Virus record (IMG/VR): IMGVR_UViG_3300036805_000098
Coordinates: 1-60,370 of that record
Length of the DNA: 60,370 nucleotides
Direction: 5' to 3' (one strand)
Source: a virus
Taxonomy: Duplodnaviria > Caudoviricetes
The position numbers were made by a program, and so were the translations under genes. The notes under the pieces were generated by a model, which did no database searches, was not told the origin of the DNA, and saw only the letters and a program-made list of their open reading frames with translations. Position 1 is the stretch's first letter; every line of letters starts with the position of its first letter. Shown one piece after another: positions 21,192 to 30,588 of the stretch.

Positions 21192-21269
21192 GTGGCTGTC
21201 GGTGGGGGCCGAAACTGACCCCCGGAAGCGCTAGGTGATTTAGCTAACTCGCCCTACGCTTCATTCAGG

Positions 21270-21660
21270 CGGTGGATCGGCTCCGCGTGGGGGTACCCCC
21301 ACCGCTGGCAGTGGGACCGGGTGCAAGACAGTACGTGAGGGCGTGATCCCTCCCCCGGCCCCCACTGCGCACAGTTCCAAGGATCTTGAGCGGGGTATTC
21401 GGCGCCCATTAACCGTCATGTTCTCCAAGGAGTCACCCACGTGATTGGAATGCAGTACCGAGGGGACGAGCCGCAAGCAAAGACGTGAATTACCCGCACC
21501 ATCCGCACAAAGCGCTGTAGCCCAAGCAGAGGCGGACCCGGATAAGGGTCTCCAGTGCCGGTCCATATCCGGCCAGCGCGCGCAGGTCCGGCAAGAGGTA
21601 CTTCCCAGCCTTGGTCGTTGGGGGTCCGGATGTAGAAAAGCCTCGCAGGTACACCCACAT
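21270..21660 (+). ncRNA. candidate large structured non-coding RNA
   Basis: Nested long-range complementary segments and atypical codon usage between exonuclease and SSB. Confidence 0.45.
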
Positions 21661-21690
21661 GAAGGCAGATCCACAGAAAGGCAGAACGCC

Positions 21691-22254
21691 ATGAGCGACC
21701 CGTTCGGCGTAGACAAGGAAGTCCAGGGGTTCCTCGGGGGCGGTTCCACCGCCGCGAAGTTCCCGACCGTCGGCCACTCGTTCGAGGGCACCGTCCTCGG
21801 CTACCGGATGGCCCAGCGGACCCACATGAAGTCGGGTGAGCCCCTGTTCTGGGAGGGCCGCCAGACCGTCGAGGAGAGCAAGCTCAAGTTCGAGTCGAGC
21901 AAGGGCTCCCCGGCCATGCAGCTCATCATGGAGGTGCAGGGCGAGCCGACCGGTGTCACCTGGGAGACCAACCAGTACATCGAGAAGGCGCTCCCCGACG
22001 ACGACGGCGTCCGCACCCTGTACGTCGTCTCCGGTCTCCAGAAGGCCCTGGCCAAGGCCCTGCGCGACGCCAACGGCGCCCAGGTCGAGAAGGGCGCGTA
22101 CATCAAGGTCACCCGGGGCAAGAGCGTGAAGGCGGGCGACTTCATGGCGTTCACCTACACGGTCGAGTGGACCCCGGCGGCCGACAACTCCAAGGCCGCA
22201 ACCGACTTCGTCGAGAGCGACGGCGGAGAGGGCGCCGATCCGTTCGCGGACTGA
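21691..22254 (+). CDS. probable single-stranded DNA-binding protein
   Basis: RBS GAAAGG, beta-rich body, acidic tail ending DPFAD, next to exonuclease. Confidence 0.65.
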   Translation: MSDPFGVDKEVQGFLGGGSTAAKFPTVGHSFEGTVLGYRMAQRTHMKSGEPLFWEGRQTVEESKLKFESSKGSPAMQLIMEVQGEPTGVTWETNQYIEKALPDDDGVRTLYVVSGLQKALAKALRDANGAQVEKGAYIKVTRGKSVKAGDFMAFTYTVEWTPAADNSKAATDFVESDGGEGADPFAD

Positions 22255-22357
22255 CCCCTGAGACCGGCCGCCGTGCTTGGCCCACGGGCGCGGCGGCCGT
22301 ACCGAGCGAAGCCCCTCACCGAGCCATCCGGTGAGGGGCTTCGTCGTGTCCGGGTCC

Positions 22358-22987
22358 TTACCGCAGCACGCACCCCTTGTGGATGTGGCCCCACCCCTCG
22401 CACGCGGGGCACCCCGGGCTGAGAACGTCCTGAGCCGCCGTCTCCCGGCCTGCGGGCACGAGGGCGGGCGCTGGTGCCACCCACCACTCCACGACGTCCA
22501 GGGCCGCGCGCTGTACAGCGGGAAGGCGGTCCAGAGCGCTCATCCCGTAGTGCACCATCCCGGCCTGCCACAGCCACCAGGCGTCGCATTCGTCGTCGCT
22601 CTCGAACGTGAGGTCCGCGTGCTTGGCCGCGCCCCGGGCCATCGCTGCTTTGTCCGCCCCGCCTCGGCCGGTGGCGAAGAGCTTCAGCGACGACTGCGGG
22701 ATCACCGCGTACGGCACCCCGAGATCCATCAGCTCCACCTTCACCACGCCGTGCACCTGCGCGAGAGAGGTCTGTGCGTTGCCGGGGTAGTGACCGCCCA
22801 TCCCCTCGATCACCGCGAGGCGGGTGTGGTTGGTCCGCACGGCGAGCCGGACGTGGTCGCGGATGCGGGTGAGCCGGGCGTCGCCCTCCTTGGCCTTGCC
22901 GGGGATGCGGAAGGTCGAGCCGTCGGCGAGGCACACCCCCGTTCCGTTGACGCTCAAGTCGAGCCCCATGATCCGCAGATCTTCCAT
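22358..22987 (-). CDS. RuvC-like Holliday junction resolvase
   Basis: IMGLDLS, VIEG, KLFATGRGGADK, DDECDA motifs. Confidence 0.85.
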   Translation of the reverse strand: MEDLRIMGLDLSVNGTGVCLADGSTFRIPGKAKEGDARLTRIRDHVRLAVRTNHTRLAVIEGMGGHYPGNAQTSLAQVHGVVKVELMDLGVPYAVIPQSSLKLFATGRGGADKAAMARGAAKHADLTFESDDECDAWWLWQAGMVHYGMSALDRLPAVQRAALDVVEWWVAPAPALVPAGRETAAQDVLSPGCPACEGWGHIHKGCVLR

Positions 22988-23037
22988 AACGATCCCCTAA
23001 CGTTTGGTGATTTGGGATAACCGGGTATAGTCAAACC

Positions 23038-23235
23038 ATGAGGACTAAAGGTACCGCAGAGTTCACGGACAGCCTGAGCGTCGCGTGCACTCCTGCGATG
23101 AAGACGCAGGTGAAGGATGCGGCGGCGGCACGCGGGGTCAACCCGAGCGTCATCGCCCGGTGGGCCGTCCAGGACTGGCTGGCCGCCCACGAGGAAGTCG
23201 AGACGGCGCAGGCTGGACCGGAGGGCTCGGTCTGA
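23038..23235 (+). CDS. ribbon-helix-helix DNA-binding protein
   Basis: SLSVAC strand followed by two helices (PSVIARWAVQDWL). Confidence 0.6.
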   Translation: MRTKGTAEFTDSLSVACTPAMKTQVKDAAAARGVNPSVIARWAVQDWLAAHEEVETAQAGPEGSV

Positions 23236-24149
23236 TGGCCTCCAAGACCAACGAGAAGTTCCACCCGCTCGCCGAGGCGTTCCCCCTTATCAACGGGGAC
23301 GAGTTCGAGGAGCTGGTGGCCGACATCCACAAGAACGGGCTGCTCCAGCCGGTCATCATGCACGAGGGCAAGATCCTCGATGGCCGGAACCGGTGGCGGG
23401 CCTGCCAGCGCCTCGGCATCCCGCACACCGAGAAGAAGTTCACCGGCGAGGACCCGGCCGCGTACGTCTGGGCGATCAACGCGGTGCGGCGCCAGCTCAC
23501 CGCGAGCCAGAAGGCTCTCGCCGCCACCAAGCTCGTCACCGCCAAGGCGGGCGAGAACCAGCACACCCCCGAGGGCGCGTCCGTGACCCGGGCCGAGGCT
23601 GCCAAGCTCGCCGGTACCTCCAAGCGCACCGTCGACCGCGCCAAGAAGGTCATGGTCGAGGCGATCCCCGAGGTCGTGGCCGCTGTCGAGTCCGGGGAGC
23701 TGTCCGTCACCACGGCGGAGCGCATCTCCGGCCTGTCGGAGCAGGAGCAGATGTCCGTCATGGCGACGACTCCCCCGGCGCAGCTCGCCCGGGTGGTCCC
23801 GGACGGCCGGGTGCACAAGGCCGACCCGGACGCCCTCCCGGCCACGACGACCCTCACCCCGGAGGAAGAAGCGGAGATGAACCAGCAGGTCTCCCTCGGG
23901 CCGGGCCGTGGGTACGTCGGTGCCAAGACCAAGCTCACCCGGCAGCTCGAAGCGTCCTCGGCCGAGGGCGCGAAGCTCCGCACCAAGACGTGGGCCGAGA
24001 ATCGGGAGGTCATCCCGGAACTCGACTCCGAGCAGCTTGACGCGTTCGTGAAGGATCTGCGCGCCGAGGGTCGGGCCATCGCCCAGCTCATCAAGCTGAT
24101 CGGGCTCGCCCGCAACCCCGGGAACACCGAGAAGGATCAGGAGAACTGA
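23235..24149 (+). CDS. ParB-like protein with HTH
   Basis: DIHKNGLLQPV, ILDGRNRWRAC, NAVRRQL, AAKLAGTSKRTV. Confidence 0.8.
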   Translation: MASKTNEKFHPLAEAFPLINGDEFEELVADIHKNGLLQPVIMHEGKILDGRNRWRACQRLGIPHTEKKFTGEDPAAYVWAINAVRRQLTASQKALAATKLVTAKAGENQHTPEGASVTRAEAAKLAGTSKRTVDRAKKVMVEAIPEVVAAVESGELSVTTAERISGLSEQEQMSVMATTPPAQLARVVPDGRVHKADPDALPATTTLTPEEEAEMNQQVSLGPGRGYVGAKTKLTRQLEASSAEGAKLRTKTWAENREVIPELDSEQLDAFVKDLRAEGRAIAQLIKLIGLARNPGNTEKDQEN

Positions 24150-24150
24150 G

Positions 24151-24957
24151 ATGGAACCGAAGTCCACGATCACGAAGGTTCGCGCCGAGGATCTGGAGAT
24201 CGACTCCCGCGTGCAGCGGGCGGCCGACCCGCGCAGGATCAAGCACCTCGCCGACGACTGGAACGACCTCATGGTGGGGGTGCTGACGGTCTCCCACCGG
24301 GACGCCATCCGTGTCGCCAACCACGAGGCCGAGTACGCGGTGCTGGACGGCCAGACCCGGCTGGAGGCGTTCCGGCTGGTGTGCAGCGACGACGGCAACA
24401 CCTCGGCCGAGCTTCAGTGCGAGGTCTACTACGGCCTCACGCTGAAGGAGGAGGCGGAGATCTTCCTCAAGCACAACGACCGGCGCGCCGTGACCCCGCG
24501 CGACCGCTTCCGGCTGGCCGTGACGGCCGGTGAAGAGTGGGCGCTGGACATCCGGGACATCGCCGCCCGGACCGGCTGGTACGTGCTCAGCTCGGAGAAG
24601 GCGCCCGGCAGCCGCCGCCACTTCAGTGCGGTCGGTGCGGCCGAGAAGGTCTACGCCCTGGACGAGGGTCGCAGCCTGCGGAAGACGTTCGACATGATCG
24701 ACTCCGCGTGGCCGGGAGAGAAGTCGGGCGTCTGCTCCGAGACGCTGTTCGGCCTCGGGCTGCTGTTCTACCGGTTCGAAGAGGAGCTGGACAGCCGGAG
24801 CCTCGTCAACCGCCTCGCCAAGATGGGCGTCAACAAGTTCATCGCGGGTGTCACCGACCGGCGCCGCACCAACCCGGGCGTCTCGATCCGCAGCGCGGCG
24901 TCCGACTACGTGATCGACATCTACAACGTCGGCCGCCGGTCCCGCCGGATCGGCTGA
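24151..24957 (+). CDS. ParB/Srx-fold protein (DUF6551-like)
   Basis: IDSRVQR...LDGQTRL...EEAEIF motifs. Confidence 0.65.
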   Translation: MEPKSTITKVRAEDLEIDSRVQRAADPRRIKHLADDWNDLMVGVLTVSHRDAIRVANHEAEYAVLDGQTRLEAFRLVCSDDGNTSAELQCEVYYGLTLKEEAEIFLKHNDRRAVTPRDRFRLAVTAGEEWALDIRDIAARTGWYVLSSEKAPGSRRHFSAVGAAEKVYALDEGRSLRKTFDMIDSAWPGEKSGVCSETLFGLGLLFYRFEEELDSRSLVNRLAKMGVNKFIAGVTDRRRTNPGVSIRSAASDYVIDIYNVGRRSRRIG

Positions 24958-25115
24958 CACAGAGAGTAACCGGAGCGGGTCGGCCGGGACGGGCAGTCGA
25001 CGTCCCGGCCGATCTGTGCGGGGACCCGTAAGTGATCATTTTTCGAGGACCGGCCCGGCGGAACCCATACGGCGATGCGTATAAATCCACAGTAGCTCTG
25101 AGTTAAAAACTCCAA

Positions 25116-25251
25116 AGTTACTATTACGTACGGTAGGAAAGTCCGGAGGTTGCCGTCTCCGGAGCGAACGCGCAGGGGGTGGCCCAGTTGGTCCAGCAAC
25201 TTCTGCGGGGAATAGTGGCTGGTCAGCGCATGATCGGTACGGGGGAGTAAC
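25116..25251 (+). repeat. ~135-bp conserved non-coding element, copy 2
   Basis: Reverse-complement match to 2655-2791. Confidence 0.9.
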
Positions 25252-25305
25252 GACCCGCCCGGAGGGGAGCGTATAGGCATACGTGGTTCACTGGAGCGAG
25301 GAAAC

Positions 25306-25821
25306 GTGATGGGAGAGCAGATCATGGAACGGATCAACCGAAACGAGCAGTACCCGCAGCCGGACGAGGCGGGCGACATCGCGGTGTGGACGCTACCGCT
25401 CGCGTACGGCGAGCTGGAGATCGAGGCACAGTTCCTCGGGGTTGCGTCCAGCCAGCAGGACGGCCACAGCCACCCCGGAGAGATCGTTACCGACAACCGG
25501 AAGTGCGCGCGGTGCCGGTGGTTCGAGCCCCGGATCTTCCGCGAGACCGACGGGGAGCGCCGGTACATCCTGTACACCGTGGGGTGTTCGGACGTGCCCG
25601 GCGAGAAGGATCTCATCCGCTACCGCTACGCCCGGGACGGGTACGAGGCGGTTGCCAACATGAAGACGCCCCACCCCGTCACCGGGGTCCGGGCGATCGT
25701 CGGCGTCACCAAGCGGCTCTTCGAGCAGGCGGCTTCGTTCGACTCCGAGCTGAAGACCGCACTGGAGGCCGACGGCGTGCTTCCGGCCGAGGGCGACACC
25801 CGCACCTGGAGGACGTCGTGA
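25306..25821 (+). CDS. hypothetical protein
   Basis: RBS GAGGA, high GC3. Confidence 0.7.
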   Translation: MMGEQIMERINRNEQYPQPDEAGDIAVWTLPLAYGELEIEAQFLGVASSQQDGHSHPGEIVTDNRKCARCRWFEPRIFRETDGERRYILYTVGCSDVPGEKDLIRYRYARDGYEAVANMKTPHPVTGVRAIVGVTKRLFEQAASFDSELKTALEADGVLPAEGDTRTWRTS

Positions 25822-26036
25822 GCTTCGACGGGCAGCCCGTGGCCGGGCCGGACCAGTTCACCGAGACGTCGATCCTGTACGCGATCATGCGGGAGGACCC
25901 CGAGGCGGCGCAGGGTCTGATCGCTGGGATGACCAAGACCGAGCTGTGTGACTACTACACCCAGCTCTCCACTGCGATCGACATGGTCGTGGGGGAGATG
26001 CGGACCCGGCCGGTGCGTCGGGGCGTGATCGTATGA
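25818..26036 (+). CDS. hypothetical protein
   Basis: GGAGG RBS, GTGA overlap. Confidence 0.6.
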   Translation: MSFDGQPVAGPDQFTETSILYAIMREDPEAAQGLIAGMTKTELCDYYTQLSTAIDMVVGEMRTRPVRRGVIV

Positions 26037-26227
26037 GCGTCCAGCACACCACGAAGCTGACGTGCGAGATGTGCGGCCGGAGCGTCACCTGGCCGAGCTA
26101 CACCAGCGCAACCGGCGCCCGCAGAGCCGCCAAAGAGATGTTCGGCTGGCGGCGCGACAAGCTGGGCAGAGACGTCTGCGGGAAGCATCCGAGGCTCAGC
26201 CCGCAGAAGAAGACCAAGGAGAAGTGA
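26033..26227 (+). CDS. small Zn-finger-like protein
   Basis: CEMC...GW...CGKH. Confidence 0.6.
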   Translation: MSVQHTTKLTCEMCGRSVTWPSYTSATGARRAAKEMFGWRRDKLGRDVCGKHPRLSPQKKTKEK

Positions 26228-26229
26228 TC

Positions 26230-26385
26230 ATGGACACTCGACACAACCCGACCGACACCGAGGACGAGACCAAGACCAAGCGTCCGATGAACGCCTGGGA
26301 GGTCCTGGCGAAGATCTTCGGCGATCTGACGTTCGCCGTCGTCTTCCTGTCCGTCATCGGACTGATCTACCTGCTCCTGAAGTGA
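26230..26385 (+). CDS. small membrane protein
   Basis: AGGAG RBS, C-terminal hydrophobic helix. Confidence 0.6.
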   Translation: MDTRHNPTDTEDETKTKRPMNAWEVLAKIFGDLTFAVVFLSVIGLIYLLLK

Positions 26386-26544
26386 CCCGGGATTGACCCC
26401 CTACGAGGCTTTTCGCCAGGTCGCCAGGGCGGTATAACTAAATCAGCACGATGAAGTCTGTAGCAAGCGGCCCCGTGTCGCGAGGTGTCCTCCCACCCTC
26501 GCAACACGGGGCCGTCCAGTGTTCTCACCCGGAAGGACTCGATC

Positions 26545-27078
26545 ATGTCCAGTCCCGCACCCTACACTCCGCAGGCCGGTGATATTGGCATGGTGACCAT
26601 GCCGGGCGCCGTCGGCAAGGCGATCCGCCTCGGCCAGTGGCTCAATGGCGATGGCTTCGCCAACTACCAGCACGCCTACGTGGTCGTGGGTGCGGTGAAG
26701 TCGCTGCCCGGAGTCCGGATCATCGAGGCGATGCCCGGGGGAGCCCTGCTCTCCCCGCTGTCGCGGTACGACGGCTTCAACCCGGTGTACCTGCGCTGCC
26801 CGGACGAACTGCGGGAGGCCGTGGCCGACTTCGGGATCACCGCCCGAGGTGTGCCGTACAGCTTCCTGGACTACGCGGCGCTGGCCGCGCACCGCTTCCA
26901 TCTGCCGGTTCCGGGCCTGGAGAGCTACATCCGGTCGACCGGCCACGAGATCTGCTCCCAGCTCGCCGACGCCATCGCCGAGACCGGCGGCTGGCACCTG
27001 TTCGACGATGGCCGGTGGCCCGGGTACGTCACACCCCTGGACCTCTACAAGCTCTACCTGGCCCAGCCCTACTCCTGA
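26545..27078 (+). CDS. permuted papain-like (NlpC/P60) amidase
   Basis: AGDIG...HAYVV...IEAMPGG...PYS...ICSQL, His before Cys. Confidence 0.7.
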   Translation: MSSPAPYTPQAGDIGMVTMPGAVGKAIRLGQWLNGDGFANYQHAYVVVGAVKSLPGVRIIEAMPGGALLSPLSRYDGFNPVYLRCPDELREAVADFGITARGVPYSFLDYAALAAHRFHLPVPGLESYIRSTGHEICSQLADAIAETGGWHLFDDGRWPGYVTPLDLYKLYLAQPYS

Positions 27079-27138
27079 GCACGGCCACCACGCGAGCATG
27101 GCTTACGCTTTGCTCGGTCCATCGAAAGGAAAGAACCC

Positions 27139-27393
27139 ATGGAAACCGACGAGAAGCCCCGCCGGGGCCGTCCCCGCCCGGCCGAGTCGATCAACCGGGA
27201 CCACCAGATCCTGACCAGGCTGAAGGAGGCCGGTCCCCGCACCCGCAACCAGCTCGCCGACGACCTTGGCCTGAGCACGTCGCTGGTGTACCTCGCGCTG
27301 TCCCGGCTGCGCGACCGGGGCGTCATCAAGCGCTGCCTGGGGGCCGACGGCGTGAGCGTGTGGAGCGCGGCCGTAGAGGAGCCCTGCGAGTGA
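27139..27393 (+). CDS. winged-HTH DNA-binding protein
   Basis: TRNQLADDLGLSTSLVYLALSRLRDRGVI. Confidence 0.75.
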   Translation: METDEKPRRGRPRPAESINRDHQILTRLKEAGPRTRNQLADDLGLSTSLVYLALSRLRDRGVIKRCLGADGVSVWSAAVEEPCE

Positions 27394-27632
27394 AGCGGCC
27401 GACGTACAGCGAGATCCACGACTTCCTGACCGTCCACTCCGAGTCCTGCACCACGCTGGACAAGGGAGTGGACGGCCGGGAATGGGTGATCGACGGCGAA
27501 CTGGTCCCCGAGGAGGAAGCCCTCAAGCTCGCCGAGGTCTGCCTGATCGCCGACATCCCGCTGAAGAACGCGGGTCTCATCGACGCCTTCCTGAACATCG
27601 CGCGCCGGGTGGCCGACCTGGAGGAGAAGTGA
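27390..27632 (+). CDS. hypothetical protein (paralog of next gene)
   Basis: VKRPT...ARRVADLEE. Confidence 0.6.
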   Translation: MKRPTYSEIHDFLTVHSESCTTLDKGVDGREWVIDGELVPEEEALKLAEVCLIADIPLKNAGLIDAFLNIARRVADLEEK

Positions 27633-27904
27633 AGCGCCCCACTCCGGACCAGATCCTCGTGGCGCTCCGGCCCCTGGCCGTCGGCGGCAGCAACGGCACC
27701 AAGTTCCGCCTCGGGTCGAGCGTCTACGACTGGCCGCAGGCATCCAAGCTCGTGGAGCTGTCGCTGCTGACCGAGACCCGTCCGACCGACTACATCACCA
27801 CCGACCTGGCGTTGGGCATGGCCCGGCGCCTCGCCGACCTGGAGGAGACGATGGCGTCGCTACAGCGCGCTCTCGATCCCAACCAGCGCCGTCGGGGGTG
27901 GTGA
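27629..27904 (+). CDS. hypothetical protein (paralog of previous gene)
   Basis: VKRPT...ARRLADLEE. Confidence 0.6.
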   Translation: MKRPTPDQILVALRPLAVGGSNGTKFRLGSSVYDWPQASKLVELSLLTETRPTDYITTDLALGMARRLADLEETMASLQRALDPNQRRRGW

Positions 27905-28605
27905 TCGTGAAGCCCACGTACGCGGTCGTCCCCTCGGGGGGCAGGGACTGCCTCAACGGCTGCCTGGAGAGCCTGCTGCCGCAGATCGACACCCTGTTCC
28001 TGGTGCGGACGGATGAGTTCGTGTACGAGCCGTTCGGGAGCTTCCTGGACAGCAAGATCTCGTTCATCGACGACATCGAGCAGCCCAAGAACATCTCCCG
28101 CTGGTGGAACCGGGGCATCGCCGCCTCGGCCGCGTACGCCCGTGCGTTCGGCCAGGCGGAGTGGAACGTGCTGATCGTCAACGATGACGTGGTCTCCTGC
28201 CCGCAGCTCGTGCGGGCCCTGGACGTTGGACTGCGCGAGCCGACGCTGAGCGTTCCGCCGGGGGCGCGGCCGGTGCTCGCCTACCCGGACAACTACCCGC
28301 CGTACAGCCGGGCCGAGTTCCACGCGGCGCCCGGACAGGTCCAGCTCTCCACCCGGATCTCCGGCTGGTGTTTCATGCTCCGGGGCGAGACCGAGATCCA
28401 GGCCGACGAGCGGTTCCAGTGGTTCTACGGAGACGACGACCTCGATTGGCGGTGCCGCGAGCAGGGTGGCGCGGTCATGGTGCCGGGCTGCGCGGTCGAA
28501 CACCTCCACCCCAACGAACTCACCCACGCCTCACCCGAGCTGTCCGCCCGCACCCACGTGGACCGTCAGCTCTTCCACTCCAAGTGGGGCACCCTCCCTC
28601 ATTGA
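27901..28605 (+). CDS. GT2-like glycosyltransferase
   Basis: WNRG, LIVNDD, GWCFML, DERFQWFYGDDD. Confidence 0.78.
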   Translation: MIVKPTYAVVPSGGRDCLNGCLESLLPQIDTLFLVRTDEFVYEPFGSFLDSKISFIDDIEQPKNISRWWNRGIAASAAYARAFGQAEWNVLIVNDDVVSCPQLVRALDVGLREPTLSVPPGARPVLAYPDNYPPYSRAEFHAAPGQVQLSTRISGWCFMLRGETEIQADERFQWFYGDDDLDWRCREQGGAVMVPGCAVEHLHPNELTHASPELSARTHVDRQLFHSKWGTLPH

Positions 28606-28625
28606 TCCGGAAAGGATCACTCACC

Positions 28626-29450
28626 ATGCGCATTGCTGTTACCGGCGGGTCGGGCTTCATCGGCCGGGCGACCATCGCCGCCGCCGTCCGCTCCGGCCAC
28701 GTCGCCTGGAGCTTCGACCGGGAGCACGGGGACGACGTACTCGGGTCGCTGGAGCACCTGGACGGCGCCGACGCCGTGATCCACCTCGCGGGCGTCCTCG
28801 GCACGGCCGAGCTGTTTGACGACCCGTACACGGCCGTCAACATCAACGTCACCGGAGCCCTGCACATCCTGGAGTGGTGCCGGGCGCACGGCGCCGCCTA
28901 CGTCGGCATCACCATGCCGCCGGTCTTCCCGAGCATCTACACCGCAACCAAGGTCTGTGCCTCCCGGCTGGCGACCGCCTACCACCACGCCTACGGCCTG
29001 AAGGTCAGCCACGTGCGCGCCTTCAACGCGTACGGGCCCGGTCAGGCTCACGGCCTCGGCCACCCGCAGAAGATCCTGCCGACCTTCGCCCGGTGTGCCT
29101 GGGAGGGGAAGCCGATCCCGATCTGGGGGTCCGGGGAGCAGCTTGTCGACCTGGTGCACGCGGACGACGTCGGCCAGATGCTCGTGGACGCGACGCGGTT
29201 CGGCCGGGACGCGGTGTTCGATGCCGGGACGGGTCACCCGATCACCGTCAACACCCTGGCCAACTTCGTGCTCCGGACCACCGGGTCCGATGCTGGTGTG
29301 CAGCACCTCCCGATGCGCAAGGGCGAGCGGGAGACCGCCATCTCTGCCGAGGGCGACGGCTGGAACCTCCTGAGCTGGAAGCCCGAGCTGAACTGGGACC
29401 GGCTGGCCGCCGCCGTCCGCAGCTACGAGTTCGCGGAGCTTCCGCTGTGA
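28626..29450 (+). CDS. NAD-dependent epimerase/dehydratase
   Basis: VTGGSGFIG, HLAG, YTATK, FNAYGPG. Confidence 0.9.
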   Translation: MRIAVTGGSGFIGRATIAAAVRSGHVAWSFDREHGDDVLGSLEHLDGADAVIHLAGVLGTAELFDDPYTAVNINVTGALHILEWCRAHGAAYVGITMPPVFPSIYTATKVCASRLATAYHHAYGLKVSHVRAFNAYGPGQAHGLGHPQKILPTFARCAWEGKPIPIWGSGEQLVDLVHADDVGQMLVDATRFGRDAVFDAGTGHPITVNTLANFVLRTTGSDAGVQHLPMRKGERETAISAEGDGWNLLSWKPELNWDRLAAAVRSYEFAELPL

Positions 29451-30109
29451 GGGCCGCCGTGATCACCTGCATCACGGATGGGTACGAGCTGCTGAAGCCC
29501 GTGCTCCCGCAGGTCGGCGCCGACGTCGAATGGATCTGCGTGACCGATGGCCGACCCCTCCCGCTGGCGGATGCGGCCGAGGGCTGGACGATGGTCTGCG
29601 AGCCGTCGTTCGCCGGGCTGCACCCTAACCGTGCTGCCAAGCGGCCCAAGCTCGAACCGTGGCGGTACACGGACGCTCCGGCCTCGGTGTGGATCGATGG
29701 AAGCTACCGGGTGACGTCCCCGCACTTCGTGTCCGAGGCCCTGGATCTGGCCCGGCCCATCGCGCAGTTTGTCCACCCCTGGCGGGACTGCTGCCTGGAG
29801 GAGGCCGAGTTCAGCGCCACCCTGGCCAAATACGCGGGCGAGCCCCTGGAACTCCAGGCGAAGACCTACCGGGAGCGCGGCATGCCGCCGCACTGGGGGC
29901 TCTGGGCATCCGGCGTCATCGCCCGGCACCACACCCCCGAGGTCCGGTACTTCGGCGAGAAGTGGCGCGACGAGATCCAGCAGTGGACCTTCCAGGACCA
30001 GGTGAGCGAGCCCTACGCCCTGCGGAAGTCCTTCCTGGTGCCGGACACCCTGCCCGGCGACCACATCACCAACCCGTGGCTCAACTACGAGGGAAGCGCG
30101 AGGCACTGA
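29447..30109 (+). CDS. DUF616-like putative glycosyltransferase
   Basis: ITDGYE, WIDG, HPWRDC, QDQVS motifs. Confidence 0.65.
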   Translation: MRAAVITCITDGYELLKPVLPQVGADVEWICVTDGRPLPLADAAEGWTMVCEPSFAGLHPNRAAKRPKLEPWRYTDAPASVWIDGSYRVTSPHFVSEALDLARPIAQFVHPWRDCCLEEAEFSATLAKYAGEPLELQAKTYRERGMPPHWGLWASGVIARHHTPEVRYFGEKWRDEIQQWTFQDQVSEPYALRKSFLVPDTLPGDHITNPWLNYEGSARH

Positions 30110-30588
30110 TGACCAGCATCGAGATCGGCGGAGGGTCGATCGCCCAGCCGGGCTGGATCAACCTGGATAGCCGCAATGGCCTCGGCCCGTGGCGCCGGGA
30201 GGCGCAGGAGACGCCGTGGCCGACCTCGGACGGGACCGTCGACCACATCCTGGCGAGCCACATCCTGGAGCACGTCCCGGCCGGGCAGGCCCGGATCGAC
30301 ATCTTCAACGAGGCGCACCGGGTGCTGAAGCCAGGGGGCATCTTCGAGGTGAAGCTGCCGCTGATCATCACCGAGAGCGGGCTGCCCACCTGGCACTCGA
30401 TCGCCGACCCCACGCACATCAGTTTCTGGTGCCGGGAGAGTTTCTACTACTTCATGCAGGCGGAGCCCGGCGCGCCCGGTCAGGCCGTGTTCGCCGCGAA
30501 CGCCGACTACGGCATCAAGCTCTGGAGGGAGATCTCCTGGGCGATCAACAGCGGGTTCGAGGGCCACTGGAGGGCAACTCCGGCATGA
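30109..30588 (+). CDS. class I SAM-dependent methyltransferase
   Basis: IEIGGG, SHILEH, HRVLKPGG, DPTH. Confidence 0.8.
   Translation: MTSIEIGGGSIAQPGWINLDSRNGLGPWRREAQETPWPTSDGTVDHILASHILEHVPAGQARIDIFNEAHRVLKPGGIFEVKLPLIITESGLPTWHSIADPTHISFWCRESFYYFMQAEPGAPGQAVFAANADYGIKLWREISWAINSGFEGHWRATPA

Noticed and set aside
21200-21690. tmRNA or self-splicing intron
   Set aside because: No tRNA-like ends with T arm and CCA, no recognisable group I/II core, and both flanking genes look complete
25134-25147. RNase P RNA (AGGAAAGTCCGG resembles its conserved 5' motif)
   Set aside because: The element is only about 135 nt and lacks the matching 3' conserved region
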